A DNA stretch of 64,000 nucleotides from sequence record OP870147.1; one strand, written 5' to 3'. The notes beneath the pieces were generated by a model. It did no database searches. It saw only the letters and a list, made by a program, of their open reading frames with translations, and was not told the DNA's origin. The position numbers and the translations under genes are program-made. This document shows positions 10,111 through 18,782 of the stretch, in pieces. The DNA comes from Escherichia phage vB_Eco_F31. Position 1 is the first letter of the stretch. The number at the start of each line of letters is the position of its first letter.

Positions 10111-10139
10111 ATTATACTCATCTCTCAAGAGTTTGTATA
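10111..10139 (-). promoter_or_regulatory. early promoter / stem-loop cassette
   Basis: TATACA-N17-TATAAT; inverted repeat GAGAGA/TCTCTC brackets the -10; near-copy at 40648. Confidence 0.6.
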
Positions 10140-10379
10140 CTATTTTTTAAGCATGAAAAGTAAGTAATTTGTATCACGTGGAGTAATATCAACACCCATA
10201 TCAAAGATGCCTTTATAGATTGGGTATTTGTTTTCGGTTGTATCGAAGCTGAAACTATTTCCATCACAACTAACAGTAATAGCATCTGTTAAAATGTCAT
10301 ACTCAATCCTAACAATTGAATCCCCAATTTTAACGTCGAGGTGTTTTTTGAATTTGATAAAATCTAATTCTTGGGCCAT
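10140..10379 (-). CDS. hypothetical protein
   Basis: 79-aa ORF downstream of promoter cassette. Confidence 0.5.
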   Translation of the reverse strand: MAQELDFIKFKKHLDVKIGDSIVRIEYDILTDAITVSCDGNSFSFDTTENKYPIYKGIFDMGVDITPRDTNYLLFMLKK

Positions 10380-10410
10380 GATATTTTCCTCATTTTAAGA
10401 CGATAGGAAG

Positions 10411-10439
10411 ATAATAACATGTCTTCCTATCGTTGTACA
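10411..10439 (-). promoter_or_regulatory. early promoter / stem-loop cassette
   Basis: TGTACA-N17-TATTAT; perfect 9-bp repeat GATAGGAAG/CTTCCTATC brackets the -10. Confidence 0.6.
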
Positions 10440-10442
10440 TTA

Positions 10443-10655
10443 TTAACCGAACTTTTTAGCGCCTTTCCAGCCTTCGTACATAACTGCACAAGTCAGTAGT
10501 ACAGCGTGCTGGCATTCTTTGTATTTGTAAATCCAGAACCAGCGTAAAAAGTCTTCATCCTCGACACCATTGAGTTTCATGTTGGCAAAGAATTCGGCCC
10601 GTTCTTCACGAAGCTTTTGCGATAACATAGATTCAGGATTCATTTTATATTCCAT
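10443..10655 (-). CDS. hypothetical protein
   Basis: 70-aa ORF. Confidence 0.5.
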   Translation of the reverse strand: MEYKMNPESMLSQKLREERAEFFANMKLNGVEDEDFLRWFWIYKYKECQHAVLLTCAVMYEGWKGAKKFG

Positions 10656-10867
10656 GCCCCATTTTCATCGATGAACTTAATCCAGTCATTTACAGACCAT
10701 TTAGTTGTATCACCCTTTGGATTAACATTTAAAGTATATAATCCCTGCTTAAAAAGCATTCGTTTGATATTCATAATTTCCTCAACTGTAACGATAACAT
10801 TCGTTAGCTTTACGTTTGGCTTCAGTATGAGAAGTATTATAATCATACTCTTCTTTACTGTAAACAT
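10640..10867 (-). CDS. hypothetical protein
   Basis: 75-aa ORF. Confidence 0.45.
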   Translation of the reverse strand: MFTVKKSMIIILLILKPNVKLTNVIVTVEEIMNIKRMLFKQGLYTLNVNPKGDTTKWSVNDWIKFIDENGAWNIK

Positions 10868-11075
10868 CTTTTTTCAACTTACGAACTTCTTTGCGGAGTT
10901 GTCGATTCATTTCGTTCTTGACTTCAGAATCAACGCCTTTCATACGTTTCCATTTATCTGAGCGGAAGATGTTTTCAACCATGTCTTTGTGGCTAACACC
11001 GTCAGGAGCTTTACGCTTACCAAAATAGTCGTAATCGCGAACTTTCAAATCTTTACGACGATATGTTTTACCCAT
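10782..11075 (-). CDS. hypothetical basic protein
   Basis: Lys/Arg-rich; start placed at internal ATG (MGKTYRRKDLK). Confidence 0.45.
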   Translation of the reverse strand: MGKTYRRKDLKVRDYDYFGKRKAPDGVSHKDMVENIFRSDKWKRMKGVDSEVKNEMNRQLRKEVRKLKKDVYSKEEYDYNTSHTEAKRKANECYRYS

Positions 11076-11082
11076 AAGTACC

Positions 11083-11331
11083 TCAGAGGTTGATTGATAC
11101 AACGCGTTTGATAAAATTCACTTCACTTACTGAAAGGTCTTTAAGACCGATTGATTCTAAACGCTGATTAAGCGTCAACATCGGGATATAATCCCAATGA
11201 GTTTTATTTGCTTGATAAGTACGAACGCCATTAGCAATTTCAACATGCAAATCGGAAATGGTAACGAATACCGGTCGCTCGTCATTAACTTTAAGGGTTA
11301 GAACAACTTTCTTTGAATCTAAACTAATCAT
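11083..11331 (-). CDS. hypothetical protein
   Basis: 82-aa ORF. Confidence 0.5.
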   Translation of the reverse strand: MISLDSKKVVLTLKVNDERPVFVTISDLHVEIANGVRTYQANKTHWDYIPMLTLNQRLESIGLKDLSVSEVNFIKRVVSINL

Positions 11332-11510
11332 GGCTTAATTTCCTTCGCAATTGAACAGAAGATACTACGGTCACAAAGCATTTCACCAATTTCTGGATAT
11401 TTGATTGAACGGTACCAAACATCCAGGCTTGAAACTCTGGTTATCTGTACGGCATTACCATTGACAGAATAGTACTGGTCAACCTTAATTTCTTTATCTT
11501 CAATTGTCAT
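11328..11510 (-). CDS. hypothetical protein
   Basis: Start placed at ATG 11510 (MTIEDKEIKV...), SD GAGGAAAA, promoter upstream. Confidence 0.45.
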   Translation of the reverse strand: MTIEDKEIKVDQYYSVNGNAVQITRVSSLDVWYRSIKYPEIGEMLCDRSIFCSIAKEIKP

Positions 11511-11538
11511 TTTGTTTTCCTCTATAGCAGATGGTTTA

Positions 11539-11566
11539 ATCTTAACATATCTATCGAGGATGTAAA
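11539..11566 (-). promoter_or_regulatory. early promoter
   Basis: TTTACA-N16-TAAGAT upstream of SD and ATG 11510. Confidence 0.45.
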
Positions 11567-11660
11567 CTGTTTTATGAAAAATATTTTTGATTTGAGAGGG
11601 GCACAAGGAGATAGTGAAGTGAAGATTCCAATGGATTATATTAGAAATGAGATAAAGAAG

Positions 11661-11677
11661 ACCAGGCGGCACCTGGT
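11661..11677 (-). promoter_or_regulatory. GC-rich hairpin at nrdH stop
   Basis: ACCAGG-CGGCA-CCTGGT followed by T-rich tract on minus strand. Confidence 0.4.
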
Positions 11678-12000
11678 CAATCTTCTATGATATCAGAGTC
11701 ATATCCTAATGAAATCAAGGACTTTTTAAACTCTGCAATATTCTTTTGTTTCTTATCATTTAAAAATATGACAGGATAACGAATATTAAGTGAAGTGAAT
11801 CCTGCACGTTTAGCAAGAGATACGATTAAAGGACGGTCATATTCAATCTTACCATTATTAGTGAGGACTTTATAAAATGTATAAGGAGCATTGAGCTCCT
11901 TTAAAAGTTTTGTAACAGCATAACATCCTGGACAACGTCCTACTTCTTCAGGGATGCCATAGATTTCAATCTTGTTCTTTAAGTTCGAGTTTTGTTCCAC
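11677..12000 (-). CDS. nrdH: glutaredoxin-like NrdH
   Basis: CPGCYAV redox motif after KIEIYG; probable GTG start 12000 with SD AAGGAA; upstream part of track ORF is out-of-frame overlap. Confidence 0.7.
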   Translation of the reverse strand: MEQNSNLKNKIEIYGIPEEVGRCPGCYAVTKLLKELNAPYTFYKVLTNNGKIEYDRPLIVSLAKRAGFTSLNIRYPVIFLNDKKQKNIAEFKKSLISLGYDSDIIED

Positions 12001-12283
12001 GAGAAATAATTCCTTGGTAAGCCCAATAAGGAGGATTAACAGAATCCTCACCAGAGTTTTCTTCAGGAAAATAAACCTGGATAACAAATCCAGACTCATC
12101 AAAGGTAAAATAAACCGTAGGCAGTTCACCTAACAAATCGGCACGAGCGTTGATTTCTTCGAGGTCTTGTTCACGTCCAGCCCAAAAACTAGGATTTAGA
12201 TTACATTCGTAAAAATAATAGTCATTACCGAACATATCAAACCCCTTCCAACTCTCTACCACATACCGCTCAAAACTAATCAT
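11966..12283 (-). CDS. hypothetical protein
   Basis: 105-aa acidic ORF ending where the glutaredoxin domain begins. Confidence 0.5.
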   Translation of the reverse strand: MISFERYVVESWKGFDMFGNDYYFYECNLNPSFWAGREQDLEEINARADLLGELPTVYFTFDESGFVIQVYFPEENSGEDSVNPPYWAYQGIISRGTKLELKEQD

Positions 12284-12285
12284 AA

Positions 12286-12501
12286 TTAAGCCTTTTTATC
12301 AAGAACAGAATTCAGTTTATTAGTAATTTTGTCCAAACGTTCATTGAATTCGCTGGAGGATAAACCCTTTTCTGGAGAAATTAAACTAATCACGAAAAAT
12401 ACACCAGTAAAAGGAATAAGAAAAATAGCTCCAACTGCCATAAACAAAAAGAACGTTACAGTTGTAAGAAAATCAGCTAAACCTTTACGAAATTTGTACA
12501 T
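12286..12501 (-). CDS. hypothetical membrane protein
   Basis: 71 aa, one hydrophobic helix. Confidence 0.5.
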   Translation of the reverse strand: MYKFRKGLADFLTTVTFFLFMAVGAIFLIPFTGVFFVISLISPEKGLSSSEFNERLDKITNKLNSVLDKKA

Positions 12502-12611
12502 ATTTACCCTTAATTAACTAAGCATTGATAATCATTAAACTATATTGCGAATAAAATTCTGGACCAAAACGAAAAATCATATCATTTATAGTATCCATAA
12601 TGTAATTCAAT

Positions 12612-13082
12612 TTAATCATGTTTCCACACCCCATCGGTATTTGACCAAAGTCGCTGATTATCTGATCCTCGCCACAGCTTTTTAGTCGGAAGATTTTTCT
12701 CATACTTCCCATCAATAATAACATCAACATATTTAAGCATTTCTAGTTGTTTAATATCTTCAAACTTATATCCTGTCCACAACCAAATGCTTTTATTGGG
12801 ATAAAGATTTTTTACTGTTTGAGCAATGCAATGAATAACATCTCGGTTATCAGGATAGAGAGGGTCACCTCCGGTTATAGTTAATCCTTCTATATAATCA
12901 TTATTCAAACATTCAATTAATTGTTCTAGTGTTTCACCAGTGAATGGAACACCATTTCTAGCATTCCATGTTGATTTATTATAACACCCTTCGCATTTAT
13001 GCAAACAACCCGTAACGAAAAGAACGACCCTGCATCCGGGGCCGTTCACAAAATCGCAAGGATAAAATCTATCATAATTCAT
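12612..13082 (-). CDS. nrdG: anaerobic ribonucleotide reductase activating protein NrdG
   Basis: Radical-SAM CLHKCEGC motif; directly downstream of nrdD. Confidence 0.9.
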   Translation of the reverse strand: MNYDRFYPCDFVNGPGCRVVLFVTGCLHKCEGCYNKSTWNARNGVPFTGETLEQLIECLNNDYIEGLTITGGDPLYPDNRDVIHCIAQTVKNLYPNKSIWLWTGYKFEDIKQLEMLKYVDVIIDGKYEKNLPTKKLWRGSDNQRLWSNTDGVWKHD

Positions 13083-14896
13083 TGGTGTTTAACCCTATGC
13101 ATGATTTCTTTATTTTTACCGAGATTAAATCCGCGTTCGTTCGGATTTCCCAAATAACCGCATGTTCTTCTTATGGTGTTCATCTTTTTAGGATCAGTTT
13201 CTCCGCAAACTGAACAAACAAATCCGTTTTCAGTAGGAGTCATTTCATGGGTACTTCCACATGTAAAACATTTATCTACTGGCATATTAACACCAAAATA
13301 ATCTAAATGTTGTGCAGCATAATCCCAGACGGCCTCAAGTCCCTTTAAATTGTTTTTCATATCTGGAAGTTCAACATAAGAAATGTGACCACCTGTCGCA
13401 ATGAAATGATATGGCGCTTCACGAGAAATCTTTTCAAACGGAGTAATATTTTCTTCTACTGAAACGTGGAAACTGTTAGTGTACCAGCCTTTATCGGTAA
13501 CATCCTTTACACTTCCATATTTTTCTGTATCGAGTTTACAGAAGCGATAACAAAGGTTTTCAGCAGGAGTCGAATATAAACTAAAAGCAAATCCAGTTCT
13601 TTCAGACCACTGTTTAAGATGAGCATTCATTTTAGTTAAAATTTCTTGCCCAATATCACGACCAACAAGAATATTCAATTCGTGAATACCAATGTATCCT
13701 AAAGACACTGAACTTCTACCGTTTTTAAATAACTCAATTATGTCGTCATCAGGTTTAAGACGAACCCCGAATGCACCTTCTTGGTAAAGAATAGGAGCAA
13801 CAGTCGCTTTAACTCCTTTTAAGGAACTAATTCTACACATCAAAGCTTCAAAACACAGGTCCATTCGTTCGTTAAATAGCTCAACAAATTTCTGTTCATT
13901 GAACTGTGTTCCAATATAAGAATCTAACGCAATACGAGGAAGATTCAGTGTTACAACACCAAGATTATTACGTCCATCAAGAATTTCATTACCAGTCGAA
14001 TCTTTCCATACGCTCAAGAAACTACGGCAACCCATTGGAGAAACTGGAACTGAAGAACCGGTAATAGCTTTATTATTCTTAACCGAAATAATGTCAGGAT
14101 ACATTCTTTTGCTTGCACATTCTAACGCAAGTTGTTTAATATCATAGTTTGGATCATCTTTATAAAGATTAACACCTTCTTCAACAAACATAACAAGTTT
14201 AGGAAAAATAGGAGTTATTCCATCACGACCAAGACCTTTAATGCGGTTTTTAAGAATTGCCTTCTGAATCATTCGTTCAGTCCAGTCAGTTCCCGTACCA
14301 AATGTAATTGTTACAAAAGGCGTTTGTCCGTTTGAACTAAAGAGAGTATTTACTTCGTATTCATAAGCTTGGAATGCGTCATAGACATCTTTTTCTGTTT
14401 TAGATTGAGCATAATTCAACGCATCAGCGATTTGCCATTTTTCTGCATCTTCAACATGTTTAGCGTATGTGCGTTTAACATAAGGAGAAAGAACTTTATC
14501 TACATTCGCAAATGTAGTTCCGCCATACTGGTGTGAAGCAACTTGTGCGGTAATTTGTGCCATAATTGCAGTAGCAACACCAATAGATTTAGGCGTTTCA
14601 ATTTGAGCATTGCCTAATTTAAATCCATTCTCAAGCATCCCCTTTAAATCGACTAAACAGCAATTGGTAAACGGAAGAGCAGGAGAATAATCAATATCAT
14701 GCATGTGAATGATTCCGCTTTCATGCGCATTCATAATAAAAGACGGGACCATATTTTTGGCAATGTGCTTAGACACAATACCAGCCATAAGGTCCCGTTG
14801 AGTTGGAAAAACACGAGAATCTTTATTAGCATTCTCGTTCAAAAGATCTTTATTAGTTTTATAAATTAATCCTTCAATTTCTTTTTCAATTTTCAT
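13079..14896 (-). CDS. nrdD: anaerobic ribonucleoside-triphosphate reductase NrdD
   Basis: 605 aa, C-terminal glycyl-radical motif RRTCGYLG and Cys-rich zinc site; uninterrupted (no intron). Confidence 0.95.
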   Translation of the reverse strand: MKIEKEIEGLIYKTNKDLLNENANKDSRVFPTQRDLMAGIVSKHIAKNMVPSFIMNAHESGIIHMHDIDYSPALPFTNCCLVDLKGMLENGFKLGNAQIETPKSIGVATAIMAQITAQVASHQYGGTTFANVDKVLSPYVKRTYAKHVEDAEKWQIADALNYAQSKTEKDVYDAFQAYEYEVNTLFSSNGQTPFVTITFGTGTDWTERMIQKAILKNRIKGLGRDGITPIFPKLVMFVEEGVNLYKDDPNYDIKQLALECASKRMYPDIISVKNNKAITGSSVPVSPMGCRSFLSVWKDSTGNEILDGRNNLGVVTLNLPRIALDSYIGTQFNEQKFVELFNERMDLCFEALMCRISSLKGVKATVAPILYQEGAFGVRLKPDDDIIELFKNGRSSVSLGYIGIHELNILVGRDIGQEILTKMNAHLKQWSERTGFAFSLYSTPAENLCYRFCKLDTEKYGSVKDVTDKGWYTNSFHVSVEENITPFEKISREAPYHFIATGGHISYVELPDMKNNLKGLEAVWDYAAQHLDYFGVNMPVDKCFTCGSTHEMTPTENGFVCSVCGETDPKKMNTIRRTCGYLGNPNERGFNLGKNKEIMHRVKHQ

Positions 14897-15366
14897 TTTA
14901 AACTCTTTCTAAGCTGCTTTTTGAATGAAGCTATTAATTGTGTTTTAGTATCAGATTCATTATATTCAAATCCTCTTTGAAGCATCTCGGACATCATTTC
15001 CTCTTTACCTAGTCTTGAGAACTCTTTAGTTTTGTCTGGAACAAAATTAGGATGGATATTATTATCAGAATAATCTTGTTTCAAATAAGCAAGAAGAGAT
15101 TCAAGCCATTCGAGGTAATCAACGTTTTGACCTTTAAGACCAGAACGGTTGAACTTATGCTTCATTTGGCCTTCTGCTGCGTTGCACAGATTACAGAGTA
15201 ACCCACGAACTTTACCGGCTTTTGGCCCGCTTAATTCGTGGTCGTGGTCAAGATGGTTACCTTGAACATCAGGGTCTAATTCACGGTGGCAAATTGGACA
15301 CTTACCATTCTGTGCATCATAAAATTTTTGTTTTTCTTCTTTATATTTTGCGCCTGATAATAACAT
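14893..15366 (-). CDS. 49: recombination endonuclease VII gp49
   Basis: 157 aa; MLLSGAKYKEEKQKFYDAQNGKCPICHREL...HLDHDHELSG close to T4 endo VII from memory. Confidence 0.93.
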   Translation of the reverse strand: MLLSGAKYKEEKQKFYDAQNGKCPICHRELDPDVQGNHLDHDHELSGPKAGKVRGLLCNLCNAAEGQMKHKFNRSGLKGQNVDYLEWLESLLAYLKQDYSDNNIHPNFVPDKTKEFSRLGKEEMMSEMLQRGFEYNESDTKTQLIASFKKQLRKSLK

Positions 15367-15371
15367 GATAA

Positions 15372-15396
15372 ACCCTTACCTTAAATAGATAAGGGT
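15372..15396 (-). promoter_or_regulatory. hairpin sequestering gene 49 SD
   Basis: 7-bp repeat ACCCTTA/TAAGGGT; downstream arm is the SD for ATG 15366; AATAAATA late-promoter-like element just upstream. Confidence 0.5.
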
Positions 15397-15401
15397 ATTT
15401 A

Positions 15402-15827
15402 TTAACTTAAACGTCTTTCTAAATATTCAATGTATTCTGCGGCTGCTTGCATCAGGTTACCTTCATAGCCGTCGTTATTTTCTTGTCCGGCTAATTTAGC
15501 TAATGCATAAGAAATTCGTTCACCTTCGAATTCACCAAGTTTACTACCTAGCACATCTGCAATATCAGCCGAATCAATTTCTTCGAGTTCATCTATTGAA
15601 TGTGATTCCCAGAAGCACCAAAGAGAAGTATCACGGTCATAGATGCAAAGTTTCTCACCAGTGTTCAACATCACTTCAATAATGCCATGGTCGCCATAAC
15701 CATCTTCGGTCGTAGTACCAATTACCTTGATGATTGTATCTTTCTTTAATTCAGGAAACTTAACTTGCAGTTCTTCGTCGTCTTTAACAATCTTGAACCA
15801 CTTACCACGTGTGTCGGAAATATTCAT
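15402..15827 (-). CDS. hypothetical protein (at the T4 pin position)
   Basis: Start placed at internal ATG (MNISDTRGKW...); not recognised by sequence. Confidence 0.45.
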   Translation of the reverse strand: MNISDTRGKWFKIVKDDEELQVKFPELKKDTIIKVIGTTTEDGYGDHGIIEVMLNTGEKLCIYDRDTSLWCFWESHSIDELEEIDSADIADVLGSKLGEFEGERISYALAKLAGQENNDGYEGNLMQAAAEYIEYLERRLS

Positions 15828-15828
15828 A

Positions 15829-15999
15829 TCAATATTCTCTATAAAAGTTACGATGAGAACGTTTAGCTTTGCGAAGCTGACGTTTAGTAGGACGAACTGT
15901 AAATGGTTGTCCAGAGAAAAAAATCGGATCGGTTTTAATAAGCAAATACCAATCATGCTTGCCATTTTTTAATAAACGGTACAATAATTTAACTTGCAT
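15829..15999 (-). CDS. hypothetical small basic protein
   Basis: ATG 15999 with SD GGAAGAG; promoter upstream. Confidence 0.4.
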   Translation of the reverse strand: MQVKLLYRLLKNGKHDWYLLIKTDPIFFSGQPFTVRPTKRQLRKAKRSHRNFYREY

Positions 16000-16048
16000 A
16001 ATAATCTCTTCCCATCTCCATATCAATTAATTCATTTATTGAAGGTTC

Positions 16049-16077
16049 ATCATAACACGTTTCTTCGTCGTTGTAAA
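16049..16077 (-). promoter_or_regulatory. early promoter
   Basis: TTTACA-N17-TATGAT. Confidence 0.5.
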
Positions 16078-16127
16078 CTGTTTCGACGTCTGGCTCGACT
16101 GTCTCCCATCGAGCCGAATACCATGGC

Positions 16128-16484
16128 TTAACCCCGGAGTTTATTGAGCTCTTCATAATCAATCCAGGATTCTAGCCCTGACGGCAGGTCACATTCAATG
16201 TTCCACAGAAGCTCTTCAATGGCTTGCAGGCGATTATATTCTTCAACGGTAATGGTAACCATTGGTGCAACCGGTTCTGCCTTTTTAACCATCATGTCGT
16301 TCATCAGGACGTAAAGGTCATCACGAACGACAGTGTCGTTCCATCCCCATGATTTGGCTTCGTAAGCTAATGATGAAGGGAGCACATTTAAAACTTCAAT
16401 AATAGTTGGAGCATCAGGACCAAGTTCATTGGCACAAACTTCGTATACATCTTGGAAATCTTTAAGATTTAATGAATATGTCAT
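16128..16484 (-). CDS. hypothetical protein
   Basis: 118-aa ORF. Confidence 0.5.
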   Translation of the reverse strand: MTYSLNLKDFQDVYEVCANELGPDAPTIIEVLNVLPSSLAYEAKSWGWNDTVVRDDLYVLMNDMMVKKAEPVAPMVTITVEEYNRLQAIEELLWNIECDLPSGLESWIDYEELNKLRG

Positions 16485-16502
16485 TTAAAATTTTCTCGCA
16501 GG

Positions 16503-16799
16503 TTATTGTTCTACCCATGAACAAGAGACTTCAAAATCAGGACCACCGTATTCCCAGTGATATTCACCAACAGGAATCCAGTCACCGTGCTCGTTTTCTT
16601 CATAGTCCTCAGGCTCAAGGCCAACGAATCGCCATTGGACACCGATGATTCGATTACCCATCATTACTCGAAATTCGCCCCATGGATTATCGATAGCATA
16701 CTGAATATCGTTCTTGGCACGAGAGCACATTTCTTGATATAATAAAGCTTCTAATTCACCCTGGTCATAAGGGCCAGGGAAAGTTAAATCAATACTCAT
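16503..16799 (-). CDS. hypothetical protein
   Basis: 98-aa acidic ORF. Confidence 0.5.
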   Translation of the reverse strand: MSIDLTFPGPYDQGELEALLYQEMCSRAKNDIQYAIDNPWGEFRVMMGNRIIGVQWRFVGLEPEDYEENEHGDWIPVGEYHWEYGGPDFEVSCSWVEQ

Positions 16800-17059
16800 T
16801 TAAAATATTCTCGTAGTTGGTCAAATCCACCAATGTGACTTCCGTCAGGAGCAAACACCTGAGGCATAGTCAATCCAACTTGTGATTCACGTCCAAGCTT
16901 AACCAGAAGCTCAGCAATTTTCTCATCATCAAAAACACCTTTTTCTGGCATAACGTTAATGAATTCGAATGGTTGTTTCTTAACAGTCAGCAATCGTTTC
17001 GCATTATCACAATAAATGCATTTATGAATAGTAGAGTCATACCCGTACACTTTAAACAT
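16796..17059 (-). CDS. nrdC: thioredoxin/glutaredoxin NrdC
   Basis: MFKVYGYDSTIHKCIYCDNAKRLL..., CxxC motif, near-identical to T4 NrdC from memory. Confidence 0.9.
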   Translation of the reverse strand: MFKVYGYDSTIHKCIYCDNAKRLLTVKKQPFEFINVMPEKGVFDDEKIAELLVKLGRESQVGLTMPQVFAPDGSHIGGFDQLREYFK

Positions 17060-17465
17060 TATTTTTCCTTTCATCGATTAAATATGCAATGCCAAATACA
17101 ATACATGTAATAAAACCTGTGATACAGATAGAAACCAACAATACTGTACCAAAGAACCAAATCAAGTTATCTTTGGTAGTTTGTTTGATATCCATCTCAC
17201 GAATTTCTATAGCTATCGTATCACCTTTATTCAGAAGCGTATAAAACGATGGCGATACACGCCTGTCAAAAACTCGTCCTTGCTCATCTTTATAGACTGC
17301 AATAAATTCTAATTTAGAATATTTTCCTGTAGATTGGCCTGAGATTAATTCCACTACCTCCACAGGAATTACTTTAGTTTCCATGTAAGTATTCTGGCTG
17401 TTCCAAATGAATGGAATAATAGCAAAAACTAAAGCTGTGATAAAACAACGAAGGCTATATCTCAT
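17052..17465 (-). CDS. hypothetical membrane protein
   Basis: 137 aa, N- and C-terminal hydrophobic helices. Confidence 0.55.
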   Translation of the reverse strand: MRYSLRCFITALVFAIIPFIWNSQNTYMETKVIPVEVVELISGQSTGKYSKLEFIAVYKDEQGRVFDRRVSPSFYTLLNKGDTIAIEIREMDIKQTTKDNLIWFFGTVLLVSICITGFITCIVFGIAYLIDERKNNV

Positions 17466-17770
17466 TATAATGTTCTCTCAAATTTGTGGAAGCATTTACG
17501 GCATTTCAATTTCAAGTTATCAGTTGTCCAGTTAACCAGTTGGACTTGGATAGTTCCACATTCCGGGCATGGATGTTTTGCTGCCGATTTGGCAGCATTT
17601 TCACGTCGTTCAACCATTTTCATTATTTCGTTCCATGCCGGAGGAACAAACTCTTCTTCACCGTGGATTTTATCTCGCTGAACAAATTCAATCTTTGAAC
17701 TATCGTCAATAAACTTAACCAAGCCATGATTAGTGCTCATATCAATATCCTCTAAAAGACGTAGTTTCAT
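17465..17770 (-). CDS. hypothetical zinc-ribbon protein
   Basis: CPECG...CRKC pair of CxxC motifs. Confidence 0.5.
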   Translation of the reverse strand: MKLRLLEDIDMSTNHGLVKFIDDSSKIEFVQRDKIHGEEEFVPPAWNEIMKMVERRENAAKSAAKHPCPECGTIQVQLVNWTTDNLKLKCRKCFHKFERTL

Positions 17771-18720
17771 TATAACACCTCAATGGCATTTCGTAAACCA
17801 TCCGCTTTCGCATTCAGAGCTTTTAACGATTTAGTTTGTTCTGCAATCTGGGCTTCGACTTCTTTCAGACGAGATTTGAGATATTCGCGTTCTTCTCTTA
17901 AGTTATCAACCTTTTCTGCTTTAGGCTCTTTAATAGGCTTAGGCTTATACTCGTTAGGGTTCTTCAACTTAATTTGAATGCGAGAACTGTATAACATTGA
18001 ACCATTATCTTCGGTTTCATCATACATTTCTACCACGTCCATGATTCTTAACATCATGCGAAGTTTATAAGACAGCGAACGAATGGTTTTATTGTGCTTC
18101 TTAATTTCTTCAGCTTTCATGGTGCCGAGATTACGTGAGTAATAATAAGGAACCTGAATATCAATTGATAATGATGCGGTACCATTACCGGTTGGTTTGA
18201 ACACTGCAGTAACCCAATCTTTAGCATGAACTGTATTTGTACGATCATCGCCGCCTGTGAATAATTTACGAGAATGTTTAAAAAGCATATTCACTTGGTT
18301 ATTGAATTCACAAGCAAATTTATCAGCAAATTTAGTTTCAGGAATGGTAGTTAACCAATCAGCCAAATGAGTCTTTTTAACATCATTAACAATAGTGAAT
18401 TCAACCAAATCGGTTTTAGATGTCACAGTTTTAATAAAGCTCGGCTTCATAAAGTTTTTAATGTTATCGCGAGCTACAGTAGAAGATAATAAACGAGAAC
18501 GTTTGAACCATTGAAGCAGTGTCCCTAATGAATGAGAATATGCATTTTGAGTATCTTTACAGATATGATTTTCTTGGCCTATGTATGTACCAAAATCTCG
18601 AAGAATACCACTTACTACATCTCGGTGTGGAACATCAAATCCTAGTGCACCAGAAGCACGTTGGGCATGAACGTTAGCGATAAGACCTGCAAAGTATTCA
18701 ATGTAATGTGAACGTGTCAT
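17770..18720 (-). CDS. hypothetical protein with C-terminal coiled coil
   Basis: 316 aa; heptad-like C-terminus; own promoter cassette upstream. Confidence 0.6.
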   Translation of the reverse strand: MTRSHYIEYFAGLIANVHAQRASGALGFDVPHRDVVSGILRDFGTYIGQENHICKDTQNAYSHSLGTLLQWFKRSRLLSSTVARDNIKNFMKPSFIKTVTSKTDLVEFTIVNDVKKTHLADWLTTIPETKFADKFACEFNNQVNMLFKHSRKLFTGGDDRTNTVHAKDWVTAVFKPTGNGTASLSIDIQVPYYYSRNLGTMKAEEIKKHNKTIRSLSYKLRMMLRIMDVVEMYDETEDNGSMLYSSRIQIKLKNPNEYKPKPIKEPKAEKVDNLREEREYLKSRLKEVEAQIAEQTKSLKALNAKADGLRNAIEVL

Positions 18721-18748
18721 AATATTTTCCTCTCGTTAAGATAAATTC

Positions 18749-18777
18749 ATTATACTCCAACCATCCTTGGTTGTAAA
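18749..18777 (-). promoter_or_regulatory. early promoter / stem-loop cassette
   Basis: TTTACA-N17-TATAAT with hairpin CAACCA-TCCT-TGGTTG in the spacer; 29-nt core identical to 19769 copy. Confidence 0.65.
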
Positions 18778-18782
18778 CTATT

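Noticed and set aside
12518-12730. 70-aa minus-strand ORF overlapping the 3' part of nrdG
   Set aside because: Out of frame inside a well-supported gene; the real intergenic segment 12502..12611 is short.
13079-14896. Group I intron or homing endonuclease in nrdD or elsewhere
   Set aside because: nrdD is one uninterrupted 605-aa frame; no GIY-YIG/HNH-type ORF or long structured insert was seen in any conserved gene.
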